Position numbers and translations under genes: made by a program
Shown: positions 1 to 12,599 of the stretch, in pieces
How positions within the stretch are numbered: position 1 is the first letter of the stretch
Layout: the number at the start of each line of letters is the position of its first letter
NCBI GenBank assembly: GCA_040954595.2
Contig: CM082591.2
Span: 919,882-983,881, forward strand
DNA: 64,000 bases
Source: Balanoglossus misakiensis
Lineage: Eukaryota; Animalia; Hemichordata
Reading direction: 5' to 3'
The notes under the pieces: generated by a model
What the model saw: the letters and a program-made list of their open reading frames with translations, nothing else
Told to the model about the DNA's origin: nothing
Database searches by the model: none

Positions 1-810
1 GCGTGACGGGATTGGTGTAATTTCTGGAGGTGAAGGGGCCAGACTTTTCATTTCCCTGTTGATGAAACGACTTGTGGATAGATAACGTTGAATTTACAAT
101 CGGATATTTTTATTGATAATTTTCAGGCGTTGTTATTGTCAAACTAAACAAAATGGCCGACATATTTGTCTGCAACACAGACTTGTTTTTATCGCAATGC
201 CACCAGCGGTGAAGAATTGCCTCATAATCCCTTTGAATGTTACTGCATGCTTGTGCAATGTTGGTATTCTCTGACCATTTCCACCAGACGTCAGCAAAAA
301 CGTCATTTTTTAATCCCATGGTGACGCCACATTTGTCAGGGTAAATCAACGACACCATTTTATTCAGATAATATTAATTTGAAAAAATAATCATGACAAA
401 CGCTCTGAAATCTCTGTTGGCAAAATATTATTGGCCACATATATATGTATGTAAACATAATCAGTAAATTCCTTATACAAACAAAGTCAACTAAATCTAA
501 TGTTCACATACATTCCTGTTCATTCACATTTATTTTAGATAAATGGCACAATTCTGACTTCTATCGGTCGTCTAAATATAAGCTTTGCTCGTATACACCA
601 GAAATTGCCTACATTGTATCATGTTTTACCTGAAACCGAAAATACAAAATCTACTTTGTGACGATGATGCCTCTAAAAGCAACTCACCTTCCGAACTCCA
701 ACGCTCCTGCTAACAGGCCCCATCCACATAAGATACAAAAACCATATGACAATAACGACCACCAGACGTCGAAATAACAGCCGCGGATTCGACACGACTC
801 GACTCCACAT
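1..810 (-). CDS. Partial gene for a probable type II membrane protein (N-terminus only; runs off the window)
   Basis: Exon 810-688 reads MWSRVVSNPRLLFRRLVVVIVIWFLYLMWMGPVSRSVGVRK (short basic tail plus hydrophobic signal-anchor) and ends at AG|GTGAGT. A phase-compatible exon starts at 55 after CAACAG (GNEKSGPFTSRNYTNPRH...). The topology is typical of Golgi glycosyl/sulfotransferases, but no catalytic domain is in the window. Confidence 0.45.
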
Positions 811-2138
811 ATCTGCTGGCTAAAATGCATGAAAAGGGCGAATCTCTGGTTCCTATTTGCAGTCCATACGTGCGTCTAAATTTCTATGACCCATGTATTG
901 AATTTTATAAGATAGAACTGCGTAGCACCTGTTGCACGATTTCATGTCACGTGATTCGCCATATGATGAAAATCATTGGCCCTTTCCCCTTTGAATCTCT
1001 ATGTGGCGTAGTAAATGTCTACAATAACAGAAAGGGATTTGGGCAATATCTCACTCTAAAATCACATCTTTAACTTTCACAGACGAGTGAGTTTTCGAAA
1101 GACACATTCTTTCATACATTACCATACCACATATTTAAGTACATGTATTTTTTATTTATAGACTTCAAAGTTTGGCCTGATAAATTTGTCATAAAATAAT
1201 CAAACGCCTGAGTTATATTTTTTTGTTCTTTAACAATTCAGTATCACTGTACATATGAGATACTGTATGTGTGTGAGGTTTGAGGCCCCGGATTCACATA
1301 TGACGAATCAGGAAGGAGTTGACAAATTGCCAGCTGTTACCGGGGCACTGGGGTATCCCTATGGCAACGGTGTCGAGTATTGTTTTATGGAAACAGCATC
1401 TGGTACACGATTTCTCTCCACTGTTTATTATTGTTACTCTCTGAAATGATACAACTCTCGTGTGAAAAGAGTATATGTTGTATCAGACTACAGTGTAGGC
1501 GCTGTGGCTTCAATATTCAAATAAGGAGACTACAAAGTACGCATGTGCGACCGGAAGTACTGTCTGGTTTCTTTTAACCATGCTAATAGATTTCTAAATA
1601 GTTTCTACTTCATACTAGAGAATAACATCACCTTTTTATTAAATGCTCTGTTCGTCCATCTGTATATACGTAAATTCTGAATAACAAAAGTTGTATAATG
1701 CTGAATATTTGCATACTGAAGTCTATAAGACTTTACATTTAATTTGTTCTTGAGAACAAAATAATAATCTGTGGTACCGGTAATTTCTCACACGATGAAA
1801 ATTCCTCCTCTCGATCGCGAAAACGTCTCTTCTCACTACTTCAAGCAAGACTTCATAAAATTGCTCACTGCCATTACCGGTGACGCACGTGTGACATTTG
1901 GCCATGACTTGGCCTGTTTTTTTATATTGAAAACCTTGAGTTAAACCTATCTATCTATCAAGAGTTGCAGAACTATTCTACGATGAAAAACTTTTATCTA
2001 GAATTGTGACGTTAGCTTGTTAAAATAATTTAGAAAATATTACGAGTAGTGTTAAATTTTCTAACTTGAACTGAAATCTGTTTACTACAAATGCTGGAGT
2101 CAATATGTCTCACAGTCACGTGAACATAAACGTCGTGT

Positions 2139-4321
2139 CTAGGTTTGTAGGTTACGTAAGATGTCGTCAGACACAAATCTGTAGTGAAGTTGCCCTCTAC
2201 AATTTTCCATGACGCCTTTTTTCTGGTAGTTTCTCAAAGCTCGCGCTAGTTTTGAATACCAGGTTGTCTTCGTTTCACTGTTGCCTTTGATTCTTCCCCA
2301 TCTCTCGGAAAATCTCTCCTTGCCGTCGCAGAATTTGAAAATTCCTTTTGCCCTGTTCACCCAGACAAGTTCATCCGAATAAGCTTGGTTGGGCTCTTCC
2401 AAACATTGAAGAATGTATTTCTGTAAAATAGGGCGGCGTTTTTCGACTGAAATGTGAATGAAAATGAAACATCGAAGTAAATACATTTACTGGGTATACT
2501 AGTATATGTAAAAATAAAGACCGACAGTATTTTCAAGTTTGAGATTCTGGTTCTATCCGCCTTTTGGACACCCTCTTGAAAATTGTGAATGGCCCTTGTT
2601 TGCATACAAATTAAAATGATTTGAATATACAGTCACTGTGATAGGAAACCGATTCTAAACTTTCCATTTACACACCTTTTTTTCTTGGCTTCTTCCTAGA
2701 TATGGACAATTTCGGTCTCCCGGGTCGCCTTCTGTTGGGTTTCTGAGTATCCTCCAAAATGGCCGATTCGAATACAGACGCGGTCGGCGTGACGTGATAT
2801 TCCTGGACGACGTCCGTCGCTGGAGGCGCTAATACCATTGCTGGTTCCCGGAACGACACAAACTCACCAGGTTCGGTAAGAAACATAGTTTCGTCTCCAT
2901 TGTTCTGTGTGTGGTAATTGTGTACTGAAAATGTTTGAGGTGGAACTGCGCAGTCAAAGAATTCCTTTTGTATCATATCGACGTCATCTTTAGTGTGTGT
3001 CGTGCGGGACAGCATTGGTGAGTTTAAATTTGTAAAATCCCAGCTATTTATCTCTGGCCGCATTTTGGATTCATTGCATGGATAGAAGAGGTCACAATTA
3101 TTTTTACGATTGTAATCAAAATCTTCATTAGCTGTTTTTACGTATGATGCCATGGGTGGATCAGCTCCTACAAGTTGCGGCGCACCACTTTTAAATAATT
3201 CGTCGCCATGTTGGATTTCAGTCCCGTCGCCATTGATTTCGGTTTGGTCGCCATCTTGAATTATTGAGTCATTTCCGGTCTGAAATTAAAAGTTTACTGT
3301 CACCTATTGAGATCCAACGACGGCTACTAACGCAAAAAAATCTCATGAACTAACCGGAAAATACAGAAAACTCATTTATGAAAATAAAATTAAAGCTTGT
3401 ATTACCTTGAAGCCTAAGATGTCACCATTTCCCGCTGAGTTCATTTCTGATACTACAGAAGATAAAGGCAAGTTTCAGAAGAATTTCATTGGCTATTTCA
3501 TCCATTGTGATAGCACTATGTAGCTAACTGAGAGGATAGAATTGGTTGGTTCCAAACATCCTGACAACCCCAAATGTTAGATTATATTATAGAAATGTAT
3601 AGCCAAATCTAAGCAAGATTTACGAAAGAGGTACATGTAGTCACCTTTTTTCCAATACAGCAGACAACGGTATATGACGTCAGCGTTTTGTCTGTCGCCT
3701 GGAAACAATTTACGGAAGTCAGTCTCCTTCATGGTTGCCAACATGGCGCCTGTGATTCTTGTGTTTAGAATAGTTTCTGCATAGATATTCTCGGTGTCAC
3801 TAACAGGACTGACGAAACACATTCTTTTCGTTGTCTTAGCAACCCATCTGTACGCATCGTGGTTGGACCATTCGTATGGATCTGCACGGAAAAGAATCAT
3901 GTATTAATTTTCATACTTTCTTGTGGGAGAAATGATTATATTTCCAAACATCTCCACGTACTAACATCATAGGTACGAATACAAAAGTCTGATGATGATG
4001 ATGATGTTGATGATGATTTTATCTCATACATGTACCTTTGGGAATATCCCAGTTTCGCATGTTTTCCATGGCCATGGTCAGCAGTCCAATTTCGACGAGT
4101 TCGCTTAAGTCCTGTGATTAAAATGTGAATGAAAAGTCATGTTTATGCTGCTTGGTGGTATGGCTTTCACACCACGTGAACATACATATGTGACGTCACA
4201 TACGTGACGACACAGACCACCCAAAACAACCGATTTTACTCACCTGATAAACCCCCGAAGGTTCTACCTTATCGCCGGTCGCTTGGTGAACGGAATCCAT
4301 ATTCCCAGGCAATATTGTCAT
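2139..4321 (-). CDS. ETS-family transcription factor with N-terminal PNT/SAM domain, ~449 aa; ETS domain SPI/PU.1-like
   Basis: Phase-consistent GT-AG exons 4321-4244, 4111-4036, 3881-3645, 3452-3406, 3279-2676, 2446-2139 (1350 nt). PNT: WDIPKDPYEWSNHDAYRWV...ITGAMLATMKETDFRKLFP. Basic NLS-like segment RRRPGRPKLSISRKKPRKK. ETS: LVWVNRAKGIFKF...RWGRIKGN...YSKLARALRNYQKKG...LHYRF. Start codon is uncertain because other donors lie upstream near 4556 and 5211. Confidence 0.85.
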
Positions 4322-7300
4322 ATCCTGATCTCTAAGTAAAATACGAAGACAATCAATGAAGGAATTAGGGACACAAAAATCAAGTTACAAGTTTCGAAAG
4401 AAAATAAAACAGTCAGACTAACGGACCAAATTTTAGATTTCCAAAATGCGACTAAAGAAATACTGTCTGCAGATACTCATAATCGTGTCGTAGCTGACGA
4501 AGCACTTCCAAATGGCATTCGACCCCAGTCCGCACTACACTGAAAAAAACACTTACCAGTTACAGTAAAAACCAACTACAGATCCTTTATGACCCCCATA
4601 AATAACGGTCACGATCAAAACCAAATAAAGTAGGGGGAAACCGTACCCCCACCAAATTTATTATCGCCGGAAAATACTGCTCTGTTACTGACACTTCTGT
4701 ACTTTTTCTCTTGTCGTGATCTCGCGGGTCTTTCCTAAAAATTTATCCCAGTCCAAATGGTAAATATTATGACGTCATGCCGTGCACGCTGATTTAATTC
4801 GGTGTTTGAGTACTATTGCACATCAGGAGATTTGTATCAATTTCCACGGTAACTGTGGCGTCTTTCATTCTAAGAAGCCCTTCCAAATGAAAATTCCTGG
4901 GTATATATTCGTGACGGGAACACCAAAATAATGTGGGAAAATTATCTTATTCAACTTATTCTGCCATGTGTGTTTAGAATAATTCGGGTTTATACTAAAA
5001 CATGTATTTTCTCAACATACATTTGTAAACCGTGAAAATATATTTTTTGGACAAACCTATATTGTGTGCAAAAATGTTTGATTATTTTGAAATGTCAATA
5101 TTGTCATGATATAGTCTATGACCACATATTCATGTACCAGGATGGAAAAAATTGAGTGAATTTCGTCGGTGCTTGAATTTGTTAAATAATTGACAATATA
5201 GGCAACACTCACCTTGTAGGAAACTGTAGCTTTATGCCCGTGTTGCATACGACGAGATTTTGTGAAACTGCGTCGCGCCAGGAGTGTATGTGAGAGAGTG
5301 TGATTCACGACTGAGTGACCGCCGCATTTTTACAACAGGTGATATTGGAATGGTAACTTTCAAAAGTGAATCGGGGATTTCCCGAGCTTTCTAACGAACA
5401 TGCGCATTACCTCCTTGGCGTGGGAAGAGGTTTTAATGCTTTTGTTCGTCGTGGACTAAATTTCCTAAAAGGTAATGTTGGAATGTACCATGTTTCGGGA
5501 GAAATGCAGAGATTGGTCACCAAAATGTCACATTTGAGAATTTCAAATTTAACAGTTTTCCCCTTAGCGAATACCGATTACGTAACCCTAAGCTCACATC
5601 TTATATATCTTTCTTTAAGAAGATCACAATTTGGGATATGTGAGAATAACATGGCTCTAAGTCAGCAACAGACTTTCAGAGTACATGTATTAACCAAAAT
5701 TGTCTAATTGTTAAACACCGTTCATTGATTTCATACCGCTCTCCGTCAGTAACAATGCAACAAAAGTCATTTCCGCTTACTCGACCCAGTTCGGCAACTC
5801 AGGCAAACCTGACATCTTTATTTTTTACAACATAGGATCCTCTTTCGATTCGACTGTGATTAAGTCTGTCGTTTTGATTATGTCATTGGATTTCCATATT
5901 ACACTCGCTTCAGTGACGTCATTACTTTATCCCTCTGTATCCCCGACTGTGGCAAAAGGATAGTTACCTCATGTCCCTCAACATTTCCCCCTTCCCTCGG
6001 AGTGACCAACCGACCACGGTGAATTTCCTCCTTATTCCTAAAATCGTGAAAATCACGACTGTGATAATAAGTTTTTTTTGAGTCACTGTATTTACATTTC
6101 TTTAATCTCTAGTTTCGATTATTAATAACAAGTGTTCCGTCGTGAATCATATCAAAATAACGCGTCAGATAAATCATTGTAGACGGACAGATGACCTTTT
6201 CCGTTTATCCCATGATGCATTTCTTCTTACGTCATAGGTCAAAAGTGTTAGATTCAGTTCCGGTTGTCAACATGGACATGTGTGGAGCTCGTCGTACAAG
6301 CATTTGCCCACTACAGAGTTGTTGTGGAGTCTAGCACCAGAATTCTTCACTGGATTTGAAGACAAATAGACTTGAATACAAAGATACCGAATCATTCAAA
6401 GTAGTGACTCGAGAGAAATGGTCAGCAGCATGGACGATGTTGATGTATTGCAGGGTAAGTCATCTAGATTGTATTAGTAGGGCATAAACACAAACCCACA
6501 GAGATGTTTTTTCATACCATTGTTTTGGGTTCATTTTGGCCTGGGTGATCCAGTGGTTTTGGACCTAGAACCAATACCACGTCCTTACTGGGAGTAAAAT
6601 CGAACAGCGAAGTAAGCTATAAGAATATGTTGTCAAGGGAACAGCAAAATAACCAGAGTCATTCCTTCCACCGACCGACCACGTGACATATTTCGCTGGT
6701 GGAGGAAAGTTGAATCTCGTATTTTCGCTTACTCACAAGAAGATGCCTGCACCATGTACTTTATAAGGTTAACATTATTTCACATCTGAGGGCGCTTTTT
6801 CGCAATATCTGACGAATACGGCTTCGAGTAGCGAATTTAAAAGATCCTTGAACAGTCGGTTGGTGGCGCTATAGTTTACGCAGGTACAAATAGACTGGCA
6901 ATAATATGCTAACAATAAATTAAATCTTAAATTAAGTTGGTAGACAGAAAACAAGAGGCCTCATTGTTCCACACAATAAAAACCTCTTAGATGTGTACAA
7001 ACAACTCGGCTAGAGTCCAAAGAAAGAAAAATATCCCAAGTACTTCCTTTCTCTCTGAAGTACCAAAAATAGTCAATAAATATAAGGGCAATAATCAATA
7101 AATAGAGCAAAGTTTCACCACATAAATATGTAAAGTGTAATTAGGGCAGTTTCAAGGGTCATAAAAAGTAACAAACATTCATTGTGCTGCCAACATTTGC
7201 CAATAAATATTTCCATCACCATTCTCATTTTGGTGTTGCGTCATAAAAGCTTTACAAACCATGTTGTAACTTTGATAAGGCATGCAAATATACTTTACTA

Positions 7301-7827
7301 GTAACACCCCCCCCCCCCCCAGTAGAGTCGCCGAAACAAAACGTCAAACCTCTGTTTCCCTTCAATTAAAGACAAGTTCTGGTGCCGGAGAGAATAAATA
7401 AATGCACAAATACGCTTATATTTTTCTAGCATAAAATTAATTTATTAAAATCTTAATAACTACCGACTTTAAATAGACATGTTACTCTCATATCATAATA
7501 GTGGAAAGAGATTTTCATTAACTCTCGCCCTTTAACCATACACGGGCATATGTAAATTAGAGGTGATTGTATTTCTTCAAAGCACACCAGGTATGACAGT
7601 AGCGGAGGAAACACGCTCCCATTTATGTCATGTGTACAATTCAAGTTCAACGCATTCTTTACAAAAAAATACAAAATGTGGGGTAAACGACGAAGGAATA
7701 CAACAACTGCGACAAAAACAGAATCTCAGAGAAGTTCGGAGTATTCTGAAATTTTTACGATTTAAGTAAAAAAATTGTTGTCTTCAAACTTTAATGTATT
7801 TGTGCGCATGTCCATTCGGTAGTTTTC

Positions 7828-8570
7828 TCAATCTTGGCTCTTTGAATTCCTTTCTTCAATAATCGCCCGCACAAATCGCCTGCGGAAGTCTTCAAACAAT
7901 TTAACGCCACATGATGGCGCCCTGCGGAGGAAGCCCTCTTTACTCAGATAGATCAATCCGCGGCCATTCATGTGAAATTTCTCCACGTCCACCGGTGCCA
8001 GTTGGTAGTTTTCTGTTACCCATAGTAACCAGGCTATCACGTGGTCCCGTGTCCAATGACGCGGATCTGGAAAGGAAAACCCACAGTGAAATCGATTTTC
8101 TATAAGGAACTAAGTCTGCATTACACGTTTCCAAAGAAGTGCCTTTGTTGTCGTTTTGTCAAATTTCTTGTCCTCAGTGGCTATAAACACTTGAACCGCG
8201 ACAGATCTGCGACTCAACTTATACGATGAGAATTAAGATAATTGAGTTTTGAATGAAACATGATCTTACCTCTAGGTACAGACGTCAGCGGTCGACTTGG
8301 CAGTGTTGGTTGGAATGACTCCGCTGTGATGTGACACTGGCAGGCAGGTACCTCGCTGTACTCTTGAGAATTGTGCATTTGTGAACAGTCAGGATCGACA
8401 ATCGCTTGTGCTTGAGAGCCTAACGCTGTTTCTTCAGAATTCCAAATCACTGTAAGAAATAAACAAGGAAAACAATATAATATGGCTTCCCTTTAAAGTC
8501 ACGTCTTACCGGCTGGGAATAAAAATCGAGTTTGACGGATCCAAGTACACAAATACGTCTTACCCATCAT
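7828..8570 (-). CDS. PNT/SAM-only protein (Mae/Edl-like ETS modulator), ~141 aa
   Basis: Exons 8570-8564 (tentative ATG ATG G|GTAAG), 8449-8270, 8066-7828. VPRDPRHWTRDHVIAWLLWVTENYQLAPVDVEKFHMNGRGLIYLSKEGFLRRAPSCGVKLFEDF is a clear SAM_PNT domain. A stop follows shortly after, with no ETS domain. AATAAA on the minus strand at 7446-7441. Confidence 0.8.
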
Positions 8571-9674
8571 TCACTCGTAGGCTATCAGCGCACAGAGAGT
8601 AAATTGTCAGTTATATATATATATATATCTGTGATTGTTGCTGGTGCGTGGTCTAGCTCACTTTGGCGAAAACGATTAATGCTGTGTTGTTTTAAACATG
8701 TGCACTGTCACGGTTTCGCTATGAATCAGCGAAAAATCGACATTTTCATTTCCCTTCGAAAACGGGGATTTCTCCTGACGAAGGGATCATACTCCGAAAC
8801 TCGCAAATATCAACATTGGCATGTGTAACTAGAAAAGACGCTATCCATACGAGGAAAATGTTTACAGTTCCGCTATGAAATGCTGGCTGAGATCAACTGC
8901 TTTGAATTTCACTTTGAAAAAAATCTATATTTCACCGCAAAGACTTACCATTATTTCAAATGGCCAACTGTACGAAGCGAAACGCTACGATGAACTAGTT
9001 TAGGGACAACGGGACATACCCGATATTTCGGAAAGCCCTTACCGACAGATCGTCGCTATAAATATTGGGTTGTCAGGGGAAATCACAGCTAAAGCGGAAG
9101 TGAAATGAGTCGTCCCATAATAGAACCTACCACACCACAGTACTTGTTATGAATGTCTTGTAGGGGCGAGGTGTTACTTCATCGCTCTGAATAATGATCA
9201 CTATTTGTTTTGTGTTAAACTACACGGAATAATCAGGCTGTCGTCTCGCCAGGTTAATAGATTGATCACATGATCTAAAATCTGTGCCACGTGTGTTCAA
9301 TATCACCTGTAAGAGTTTGATCACGTTTATAAAAATCCGCCGATCACGATCCCGTTGTATTGTCGGGGATGTACTTGCACTGAATAAGCCGAAATAACAC
9401 ACCTTCAAGGCACCGCCGGTCTTGCACACGCTTAATCGTCAAGGAAGTTAATTTAAGAGGGGTTTCCCCTCTATGGCACCATGCCGATGCTCCCCTCTAT
9501 CGTGGAGGAGAATGATTCGGACAAACAAAAGAACTTGGAGAGGTTTACAACGTGTTATTGCCATTGATAAATGTGACTCGTGAGTTCGTTAAAAAGGGGT
9601 GTGACCTGTTTAGGGACTTCATCGTTTACGATTCGAAAGTTGGGAGTTGAACGGCAGCCTTCGTTCAATTTTTA

Positions 9675-9676
<2 letters not shown>

Positions 9677-9717
<41 letters not shown>

Positions 9718-9718
9718 G
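9677..9718. repeat. (TGTC)n microsatellite
   Basis: About 10 perfect tetranucleotide units read directly. Confidence 0.95.
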
Positions 9719-12599
9719 CCTGTACCAAATCATGCTTTTGTAACTATCAGTAAGAATTTGAGAAGCTTAATCCACCTACTCAGTTCAGTTCATCCAAAAT
9801 CTCAGATTTTCAAACCACGGATCCTCGTCAACGATCTCTCTTTTGTGTGTTTATTGTACGCTCCGAAGTCAGTTGGCAGTTCTTCCAGAGGCTGTGAAAA
9901 CGCAACAGAATCGATATAAGTAGTTTTTTCAGTTTGTGTGTGTATCTGTATGTATGTATGTATGTACATGTATGTAACTTAAATCGCCGGGATGATCCCT
10001 ATATCTTGTCCTAGTAAACATAATTGATGTTGTTTGTACAAGATGACACTATAGATAACATTGCTAGCGATTGATTGAGCGGGAACCACCGTGAACGACA
10101 GATGTACAACAATCAATGCAAACAGAATAGTTTTGTTGGTGGTGACCCAGATGAAATGAAAACAAAAATCTCCCAGGTGCATACATTCAAACTGAGAATC
10201 TAAGGGACCAAAGAACAAAAGGAATTCAAAACGGAACAACTTGAATATAGTCTGAGATTTGTCTTGAAGGCTAGGCTAATTACAGCAACTGCTCATTGTT
10301 CAAGTGAACCACAATAAGCCCCAGAAGCATTCTCATGAAAATAATCAAAGCTGGTACATGTACTAAAATGTTATGCTAATGCGCCGTTAGACGCACGCTT
10401 TTTCTATCAGTGTTATCCGAAAGCAAATTATAAGACACCGGATTTAAATGGAAACACAGTTTTTTCGTAAAAAATATGTGAGAACAAAGAATTGAAAATA
10501 GCTGATGTAATTCTGGAAATGTTATCATGCCCAGGGGCTGGTCCCTTCAATGGATGCGCAGAACAAAAAGCGACAAAAATAACCAAAAAGTCAAGTAATA
10601 ATGGAGATTTGGAAATATTACTGACAGTAAAAAAAAGTCGAGTTTCCCTCTGTCTACAAACTGATATCCTAATGTAGATGTTTTAACTGGAATTCAAAGG
10701 TTTATTTGGATATTGATCTAGGCCTACCGTATGCTCCGACACGCTCAACAAACCACTCGCGCAAAATGAGGAAGTAACTTGCAAAAAAATATATTTATAG
10801 AACAACACAGATATCGTCGGCACACTAATACTAGTACCTTCCTACAATTAATTTGGCTTGCTTAGCGAGCTTAAATGAGATAAAATGCGGGAAAATGCTG
10901 GCCCGATTTCAAGTTTAGTGAAAACATTGTCATCATCGTGTTAAAAGCTCAAACACGAGGTCAAGATTTACTTGAAGACGGTGGTATGTGGCACGTGCGG
11001 TGAGCTGTAGAGCCAAGGCTGTCGTCTGCTGCAAGTTGTTCTTTCCGGAAACCACTTTGCACACCGAACAAGCTGTTACTTCAATTAAATCTAACTCGTA
11101 TAATTACACGTCTTTCTCCTTTTAATACTATGCATTTAGCCCACTGTCAAAGCCTCATTGCGTCACTGTGACGTCAATGAACAATCTGTCTCAAGCGAGA
11201 TCCTGACTACATTTGACCCCAGAAAGAAGTAATCTCAACATGTTAAACAAACTCACCCTGTAGCGATCCACTGGTAGCGATTTTAGAAAATCCCAAGTCT
11301 TTTTCTCGGCGTATCTTGAAAAACAATAGCGGCTTGCACATGGAGACCTTTCAGGCGAACTCGATCAAAGAGTAACTCAAACACACACTGTGCATAGTCC
11401 ACAGTCAGCGTTCATTCACCTGTTCTGCGCATGGCTGTTGCGAACGGATGAATGAACTTTAGAACGGATGCGCACGCACCAGCCTCCGGGATGTGTTACT
11501 TTACCACAAGGATATGCCATTATAATACAAGTGGTATATACATGCCGCCAAGTAGTGTAGAATTCTATAATCCGTGATATAATAGCCATCTTACCTCCAG
11601 TTATAGTGTTTGCTCAGTCAACGTTGAATTCAAAAAGTCAAATATAATTCTGACATGTATCATCAATCACAACACAGATTATATTTTCAACGACTCGAAC
11701 TTTATTGGTGGTAATAATAGCAACTCACTGGCTTGAAAAAGTACAGTGTAAGAAGAAGTAAAGTATTTCGTAAGGAACTTTCGTTCAAAACATCGAGACA
11801 ATGGTGCCACTCCCCGTCTGCCTTTAAAAATTCGATACTTCATTTATACTCATTAACCGGTTGAGGATTTCGATCTGATTATCTCCCCAGTAACCAAGAA
11901 AAGACTAGGTTCTCTTACCCACCACGTCAAAATGTTTCAAAATTTTCAGGCAATAATCGAAGGCAATATTTTAGTCGTAACCATGAAATAATTCGATTAG
12001 AGTGGAATTTCCACTCATAGTTGATGAATAAAAATATGTCTTACAATATAATAGTGCCAACTGGCAATATAATTGAATCATATTTAATGATAAAATATTT
12101 CAAACCAAACATAGATCTTAATACCTTCACATTGCATTCAAATTGCATTTCGTAAACTTAAGCCACAACTGGACAAAACTGACCGAGTTACAACACCATC
12201 AACGTTAGTATATTATTTCGTTTGTTTTTTGTATTGCTTTATCGATCAATACGTGTATCAGTAAAATTTAAAATTCTCTGATGTGCAAGCCTCAAAATAA
12301 ACATGAATGACCCACGTGAAATTTCAATAGACTTCCTGTATACTAGTATTTCTGCAACAGGACTTATTCGTCTACATATTGGAGGGTTATACAACTTCAG
12401 AATGATTATCAACGCGCATGATAAAACAAAGTAGCAATCAATATTGTTTGCGATGATGTACATTGTAGCAGTTATACTTTGCGCGTCCTACTTTGACTTG
12501 CTTGTAGCAATGTGTCGTATTGGTCCCATACACGCAGCCGCAGATGGGACGACACGCACCCTTTAAGTAACATCTTGTTGACAGGTTGCTTCTCTCAGC

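Noticed and set aside
6260-6460. Possible + strand exon ending at CAGG|GTAAGT near 6455
   Set aside because: The first ATG frame stops early and no downstream partner exon was found; a non-coding transcript cannot be supported from sequence alone.
7828-7830. TGA of the PNT-only gene as another Sec codon
   Set aside because: It lies after the domain with no redox motif, the downstream sequence is AT-rich UTR-like, and I saw no SECIS.
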